40,240 nt of DNA, from the NCBI GenBank assembly GCA_032718475.1, contig JAUCBJ010006550.1, positions 1 through 40,240 on the forward strand, given 5' to 3'. Positions 33,172-40,240 of this stretch are shown here, in pieces (within the stretch, counting starts at the first letter, position 1; each line of letters starts with the position of its first letter). The DNA comes from Nemertoderma westbladi. Its lineage: Eukaryota > Animalia > Xenacoelomorpha. The notes below the pieces were generated by a model, which saw nothing but the letters and a program-made list of their open reading frames with translations, ran no database searches and was not told the origin of the DNA. A program made the translations under genes and the position numbers.

Positions 33172-34016
33172 TGAGGTTATGGGTGATTGAGTGGTTTCAT
33201 ATTATTATAACTTTTTAATGGGCACAGCTTTTGCAAAGTCGGCAATGACGTCCAGTTGGGATCGAACTAGTGACCTCCGTGTTGAAAGTCTGACGCTCTA
33301 ACAATTCATCTAATTTTGTCGATAAGCCGGCACAGCATTCTTAAAAATTCACTTGCAATGCAGCATGCCGATCCTAGTAGTATTTCATCTCTTCAGGTAA
33401 ATAAGATAGACTTGGAAATACTATCTGATACCTTGTATGTACGCACTTTACCTCCCCAAGGCCTCACATCTGTCAATAACATCATATGCTGCCACTGTGC
33501 TCAACCCTATCGTACTTGGCCGTCTTTAACCACTCGCTACAGTGAAAGGGTAGTGTATATTAATCATGAACCACCATGGCCACAATGATTAATTAAACAA
33601 TCTAGCTACTAAATTAGGTAGGACAGTTACACCCATAGAGAAAAGCGACCGGTATATTTATAATTTATTATTGAGGTTATGGGTGAATGAGCGGATTCAT
33701 ATTATTATAACATTTTGGTGGGCACAGTTTTTGCAAAGTCAACAAATATTCAACCCGGAGGTCAACAGTTCAATCCCACCTGGACGTCATTGCCGACTTT
33801 GCGAAAGCTATGCCCAAAAAAAAGTTATAATAATATGAAACCAGGTTGTAAATTGCGGACATACAAGGTATCAGATAGTATTTCCAGGTCTATCTTTTAC
33901 CAGAGCCGCCAGCTGAATGGTCAGAGCGTCAGACTTCAAACCCGGAGGTCACCAGTCAATCCCACCTAGACGTGATTGCTGACTTTGCAAAAGCTGTGCC
34001 CAACAAAAAGTTATAA
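33172..34016. mobile_element. Cluster of a second tRNA-derived SINE-like repeat arranged as an inverted duplication
   Basis: Copies at 33172-33311 (-), 33672-33740 (-, partial), 33751-33843 (+, partial), 33909-34016 (+); tRNA-like head AGCTGAATGGTCAGAGCGTCAGACT...GGAGGTCAC.AGTTCGATCCC; shared GACTTTGCAAAAGCTGTGCCC body. Confidence 0.75.
33312..33381 (+). mobile_element. 70-bp 3' tip of the RTE family
   Basis: AATTTTGTCGATAAGCCGGCACAGCATTCTTAAAAAT...GATCCTAGTAGT matches 37603-37670. Confidence 0.9.
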
Positions 34017-34239
34017 GATCATGATATGAATACGGTGATAAAAGATATTACGTTGAATGAAGGTCAGCACCTGCAAACAAAAATAAATAAGGTATAAATT
34101 CCATTGAATCAATCTTCCAATGCGCCCTATTTCAGATACATAAGTACCATCCAGAGTTGTTCAACTCGAATATGGTTCATCCTAATAAGAATCGAGGACA
34201 CTCGTCAGTACTTAATGCCGTCAATCAACACTCAATCAG

Positions 34240-37200
34240 ACACGTTCGTGGGGCCATCGCGCAGGACGAGGCTCAGTTATCAGATACAGATTAAAATTGA
34301 GCGACTGTATCACAAAATGTTTACCCACACCACCAATAAATCAAAGAAAGGGGGACAGTATGTGTTCACCTCTTTTAATCTGCACCCCCCCCCCCCCCCC
34401 CACCCTTCCCACCCACCAGTACTTTATAACTACCGATGCCTTCAATAGGCGAAGCCAGGTATGGTTTATAGGAATATAATCAACGCAGTAGGCAGTATCA
34501 CGGTCAGGTCAGGTATTCTAGGTCATTGATCAAGAAAACTTGCCACCTCCATGCAGCATAAAAGAGGTGCCACCTGTAGCTGCATAGACCCTCTTACTAG
34601 GGCAAATCTGGTCCTGTAACTAGGACCCCCTTCGTTCTGGGATAAGGATGCCCTTGGTCCTGGATTAAGGACCCATATACTTGGTTGCAGGGGTATATGG
34701 CCTGGCCAGGCAGATGGTGATCTACCAATGGCTGGTCAATATTCTCATGGTTCTCATGTCCACTCTGAGTCCACTCGCTGCAACCTGCACCTGGCAGCAT
34801 GGGGTACAGGGCATGACCCAGCAGATGAGCTGCACAGTCAATGGTGGGTCATGTGCGCCAGAGTAGATATGGGTGATGGGCCTCATATCTGACTCCACTG
34901 CGACACCCACCCTGTGGAATGGCAAACCGGGGTGTGGTATTTGCCCCGAGAGCTGACTCGGCAAAAAAGCACCCCCCAACCCCCACTATGGATTACATTA
35001 GTAATGCGGAGGTCCAGCCACTAGAGGCCAGTGGAATGACTGGACACAATCGGCCTCACAGGCGTCAGTTATCTCCTGACCGGCTGCCTGTCTCACCCTC
35101 TACTGGAGAGAGAGCGGCAAACAATTCTTTGAATCCCTTTCCTGATGACCTATCTGGCCCAAACCCTGGGTCACCAGGGAGGCCAGATTGTGAGGGGGAG
35201 AGGGATTCTGCAGTTGGAGACTACTCTCATGTTCCACCCCGACCAACAAAGCCATTGGTGAATCTGAGGCAAGTCTGCACTAGCCTCAGTAAACACCCTA
35301 ACACTCGGGTCCCCAATGCGAGAAGGTGAGCTGACTGCCTTGGCAGATAAACTTTCTCTTTGTGCAGTGGGTGTTCAAGAACACCGAATGCAGACTGGAC
35401 AGACTGGTGAGTTTCTGATTAAGGACATGGGGGGCGGTTGGCGACTCGCCCTCGCTTCAGCAGATGATAGTGGCAATGGTGGAATTGGTCTATTGATGAA
35501 TCCAACTGCACATGCAGCATTGGACAAAAAAGACCAAATCTCTAACCGCATCATCCGTTGCCACTTCTCATGTTCTGTAAGACTGGCTAAGAAGTTTCCT
35601 AAGGTGGTTCTGATTGTGTGCTACTCTCCAACTAGTGTAACCCCTGTAGATGAGGTGGAAAATTTCTACCAGAATCTACAAGCAGCTACTGAAGGAGTGG
35701 ATCAGCATGCATTCTTAACATTCCTGGGAAACTTTAATGCAAGTCTGCATCAATCACCTACATCATCGCCCTGGATCTATAGCAATAGTGTTAACCGAAA
35801 TTCCGTCCATCTTCAGGATTTTATCTCTGGAAATGGATTGTTTTCGGCTGGAACCCAGGCGGAACAACATTCAGAAGTGACGAAATGATCTCTACAAGGT
35901 GCAGAAAGAGTCCCGACTCAAACAGACTACACCGGCCAAGAATGCAGTTAAGGCTGCATCTAGGTCCCTGAACAGGCAGTACTCTGTTAATTTACAGGAG
36001 CTAATAAACCAACAGGTTGATGCCATCAATGATGCTGACGACAGCAGGCAATCATCCCAGGCATGGAGATCGATCAACTTGCTTGCTGGTTGAAAAAGCC
36101 AACCAACCACCAAGGTTAAGGCTGAATCACCATATAGAAGTAAAAGTGTCTGAGTCTGTACTCCCAGATTTTCCCATTGGTGATATCTCCTTTGCAGAAG
36201 TGAAGGATGCTGTGAAGAGCATTAAGACCAATCGTGCCAGTGGCGTAGATGGTGTTCCCCCTGAGGTCTTTAAAATACCTGAGTGTTTAAAGCTCATCTA
36301 TCCCATCATAGTAGACATGTACCGAACAACAAGAGTCCCACAAGAAATGAAAACAAATAAGTTGGTGCCAGTTCCCAAGAAGGGCAACCTAGCACTCTAT
36401 GGTTTATTTCGGGGAATCTCATTGATCTCGATTGCTGCAAAGCTATACAATAGAATTATATTAAATCGCATCAGGGATCCCATTGAGAGACTGCTCCGTG
36501 GAAATCAGAATGGGTTCCGTAAAGGTCGTGGGAACATGGAGCCCATTTTGGCACTTAGAAGGATAATTGAAGAGTTATCAAAAAAGAAAGACAGGCATCA
36601 GGCTGTTATCTTTGTTGACTACTTCAAGGCGTTTGATTCAGTCTCCCGCTCACGTATGTTCAGCATACTTTCATTATATGGTATTCCTGATGAAATTATT
36701 GTAGCAATCAGATCAGTATACGATGGTTCGACATCATTTGTGTCTACTGTTGACGGTGACACAGAACCATTTGAAGTGTTATGGGGCGTCCTCCAGGGAG
36801 ACACACTTGCACCATTCTTGTTCATAATTGTGGTTGACTATGTTCTACGCATGTCCTTAGATCATCATAATGATGATGGGGTCATGATAACTCCACCTAC
36901 TGGCTCCAGAAGTCGAGGAAATCCTGCCAAGTACCTAACTGATCTAGACTTTGCTGATGACTTGAGGAGTACTTTCAGAATCACTAGAGGGAGCCCTACG
37001 GCTCCTCAGCTCATTAGAACATGCTGCTTCTAGTCTTGGTCTTTTTATTAACTCCAGAAAGACCAAAATTTTGACAATTGACTTTAAAAGTCCTCAGCAA
37101 GTCTCTGATCGGATGAGCATAAGCTCAAAAGATGGTATGATTGAGCATGTGGATGACTTCTGTTACCTGGGATTATGGATTCGGAAGTCAGGTGAGGACC

Positions 37201-37925
37201 TTCGAATACGTAAGGGAAAGGCATGGACAGCATGAATAGGTTTTCCAGGATTTGGAAGTCACCGAGAATTAATCGGAAACTTAAGTTCCGATTATTTAGA
37301 GCAGCAGTAGTTCCAGTTCTCCTCTATTGGAGTCCTTGCTGGGCTCTAACTGCCTCATGCCTGGAGATGTCTCATTGGTTCCCCCAAGCTTGACACTAGA
37401 ACAAATTCGCCTCCGCTTTGCAGGACATTGCTTTTGCTGTGAGTACCAGTCAGTGCATAATCTTGTTCTTTGGCAGCCTCATGGAGTGAATAAGCATGGT
37501 TGACAGCCCATGACCTTCTTGAGACGCATCTTAAAGGACACTGGCCTTGAAGATGCGGATGATCTAGCAAATGTCATGGGTGATAGGGAGTTGTGGCGGC
37601 GCAATTTTGTCGATAAGCCGGCACAGCATTCTTAAAAATGCAGCTGCAATGCAGCTTGCCGATCCTAGTACTAGGCAGTACTCGTCTTCATTATTATAAA
37701 CGTCGTTGTGCTCGTCCTGTTTTGTATTTGAACATATTTCTTAAACGCAGACTGACGGACGATCTTTATAACTACTGATGCCTTGAATAGGCGAAGCCAG
37801 GTATGGTTATTAGGAATATAGTCTACACAGTACTCGTCTTCATTATATACCTCGTTGCGCTCGTCGCTCGTCGCTCGTCCTGTTTTGCATTAAAATATTT
37901 TTCCTAAACTAAGACTGACGATCTT
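34240..37925. repeat. Copy 2 of the 883-1261 repeat, split by the RTE insertion and with a partial tandem duplication (37766-37925)
   Basis: Homology stops at 34497 and resumes at 37681 at the GCAGTA|CTCGTC site that is uninterrupted in copy 1. Confidence 0.8.
34498..37671 (+). mobile_element. Near full-length but inactivated RTE-clade LINE (5' UTR, APE endonuclease, RT, TAG tail) with 9-bp TSD
   Basis: APE motifs VGVQEHR, GGIGLLM, VCYSPT, LGNFNA; RT motifs VPKKGNL..FRGISL, QNGFRKGR, DYFKAFDSV, LQGDTLAPFLF, LDFADD; stops, frameshifts and deletions; TAGGCAGTA at 34489-34497 and 37672-37680. Confidence 0.93.
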
Positions 37926-38876
37926 AATACAGTTATAACTATGCGAAGTTTCGAAACTGTGCGAGTAACTGCTGATACATGTGGAGATGTGGGATACAAC
38001 GCCAACGCATCGTATGCCGGTGTAGTAATATGGGTATTGAAATAATATTAAATCAATGAACACTCTTAAAGCTGCACCGAAAAAATGTCGATAATTTCCT
38101 AGGTTACATATCGAATAATAATATTATATTTAAGAACATTAATTTTAGTACTTTGCAAAAAATCAATTAATGAAAAATAACCAGACAAATATATTGCTGT
38201 ATTGCGGAATAAACTATTTCAGATATAAGCCTACAGCAGTCATTATATCTTCTGTAACCTGAGATAGTAAGTAATACAACATTTATAGTATAGAGTCAAT
38301 AGGAATTGAAATACAGGCAGTGTATGGTTGGAGTTATGTCAGGGTTGCTATAGCAATACTACTGGCTGCCTATTACAGTACAATTCGCCTCTGGTAAGGC
38401 TACACCAACATCTCCCAGCCAGCTAGCAGCTCTACACCCCCGCAGAGACTATGTTGACCAATAATGGGCAGGATTAAATTTGTACTCAATAATTGTGCCG
38501 CTTTAATTACGTTTAGATCAATTAAAGAAACATTTATTAAAGCAAATCACTTGAGCTAATTAAAAACTATAATAGAATGGGGTAAGTGGATTACATCTGT
38601 ATAATTTTTAAGTATTATTATTATTTGTAATAAACGAAGATTTAAATTGATTATTATATATTCCAATTATCCATAGAATTATAAATTTTGAGATTTACTC
38701 ATTTTAGTAATTGAGATAATTTGATCTTGTTACTGTTAGTAAGATGAAGACAGTACAAAATAATTATTAAAGAATTAAATATACATTATCAAATGTATTA
38801 TTAATTCAATTGTTATAAATATATTTATTATTAACAAAATTATAAATTTAATTTCGTATGGAAAACCAATACCTCC

Positions 38877-40240
38877 TCACTGTTCAGTGTGAAAAAGTGT
38901 GAAGCAATTTCGATCACCATTAAGACACAAGTTCACATGGCACTTGTTGCATGATATAAAGGTTGCAGCCTTGCAATGTGGGTATTTACAGCGGCCCCGA
39001 ACACTCTTAGCTGTTTCTTGATCCCGTGCCCACACAGGCCAGTGATTCAAACCATCTAATCGAATTTCCTTTACAGGTACAGCAGCTGCTGGACCTCTGC
39101 GTCGCTTCATGATCATTGACTCCTCCGCCGTCGTACTTGGTCGACCTTTCTTACCACCACTGGTTGTAGCTTTTCTGGCATTACATAAGACTATCCCAAT
39201 TTCTTGCTTGAAATCACACAGGTGATTATATCTAATATTTTCGCCATTCTGTTCGCAAATTCGGCGGTGCAATAGCCATGCATTGACTATAACTAGATCT
39301 ATCAGGTGAAAAAAGACTCTCATGTAGTACTTTCTTGATCTAATTCGACAACGATACAACCCTATAAGGGAATCCAGAAGGTCTACACCTCCCATGTGCT
39401 GGTTGTACTCCCCAACCACAGCAGGGCTCGATATATCTATCTTCTGTCTCTCTGATTTGCTCCATCGTTGAACAGTAGTGGCGGGTTTTGCACCAACAAA
39501 AGATGAGATAAAATGAACAATTTTATTATCCTTCCACTTAACACAACTAATAGTCTCGCCATCGACATCACATACTTTCTCCTCATAACTTCCCCGAAGT
39601 TTCATTTCATCTTTCATTATACAGCCCTTTAAACGGTCGCTTCGAACGGTTCCGAGACAAAGTATTCCTCTCTTAGCTAAGGTCTGTACTAAGGTTATAC
39701 TGGAGAACCAATTATCAAAGTACACCTGATGGTTGACGTTATGATTAATAGAACGGCAGAGACGATTTACTACATTTCCACTGGCTCCAATGTCCTCCTC
39801 AGGTATCATCTCAACTTTACCTGCACTGAATTCGAGTTCATATGCAAATCCAGAAGTGCCGCATAACATGTACATAACATAACCCCATTTATGAGGCTTC
39901 TTGGGATTGTAGCGTTTTAATTGACTCTTCCCCTTAAAAGGGATGACTTGTTCATCAACCGACAGTTTGTGCTCTTTAGGTACCTTTGCAAATTCGTTAC
40001 GAACTCTCTCCAACACTGGGCGTATTTTAAATAATGGATCTGAGTTTGAATAGTTAATAACTGAGTTGTCATTAAAGTGTAGGTTCTGCTTTATATTTTC
40101 CCAAGATTTCAAAGTCATTATATCAGCTATTGCATTTATACGAATCTGTGGTGACCAATATCTTCTAATATTTGGAACCCGAATTATCGACATTATAATA
40201 CAAGTTCCAATGAACTGCTCCATTTCTTCCACTTTCACAT
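38877..40240 (-). CDS. piggyBac-family (PGBD-like) transposase, 5' end outside the window
   Basis: Catalytic DDD motifs SVDEQ, YFDNWF, GGVDLLD; YNPKKPHKWG; C-terminal Cys-rich domain RCKYPHC...CNKCHVNLC...NCF..FH; open for 453 codons. Confidence 0.95.
   Translation of the reverse strand, partial: VKVEEMEQFIGTCIIMSIIRVPNIRRYWSPQIRINAIADIMTLKSWENIKQNLHFNDNSVINYSNSDPLFKIRPVLERVRNEFAKVPKEHKLSVDEQVIPFKGKSQLKRYNPKKPHKWGYVMYMLCGTSGFAYELEFSAGKVEMIPEEDIGASGNVVNRLCRSINHNVNHQVYFDNWFSSITLVQTLAKRGILCLGTVRSDRLKGCIMKDEMKLRGSYEEKVCDVDGETISCVKWKDNKIVHFISSFVGAKPATTVQRWSKSERQKIDISSPAVVGEYNQHMGGVDLLDSLIGLYRCRIRSRKYYMRVFFHLIDLVIVNAWLLHRRICEQNGENIRYNHLCDFKQEIGIVLCNARKATTSGGKKGRPSTTAEESMIMKRRRGPAAAVPVKEIRLDGLNHWPVWARDQETAKSVRGRCKYPHCKAATFISCNKCHVNLCLNGDRNCFTLFHTEQ

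Overview
AT-rich eukaryotic (invertebrate-like animal) genomic DNA dominated by transposable elements. Main contents: an intact tRNA-Phe(GAA); a BEL/Pao-type element whose single uninterrupted 1539-aa ORF encodes Gag plus protease but only short in-frame relics of RNase H and integrase (no RT), preceded by a ~2.2-kb leader containing two tandem ~287-nt G.U-rich hairpins with compensatory changes and followed by a PPT and a probable 3' LTR; two copies of an unrelated ~1.15-kb LTR (one a solo LTR with a 5-bp TSD); four spaced exons on the + strand, each encoding one compact fibrinogen-related domain (three clean phase 0-0, one frameshifted); six copies of one RTE-clade LINE family (one near full length with TSD and a possible HDV-like ribozyme fold); fragments of CR1/L2 and RTEX-like LINEs, tRNA-derived SINEs, a MITE and minisatellites; and an open piggyBac transposase ORF running off the right edge. 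The two best candidates for something undescribed are the Gag-protease-only BEL element with its structured RNA leader and the one-exon-one-FReD cassette array. All calls are by eye from motifs and base pairing; no searches or folding programs were run.
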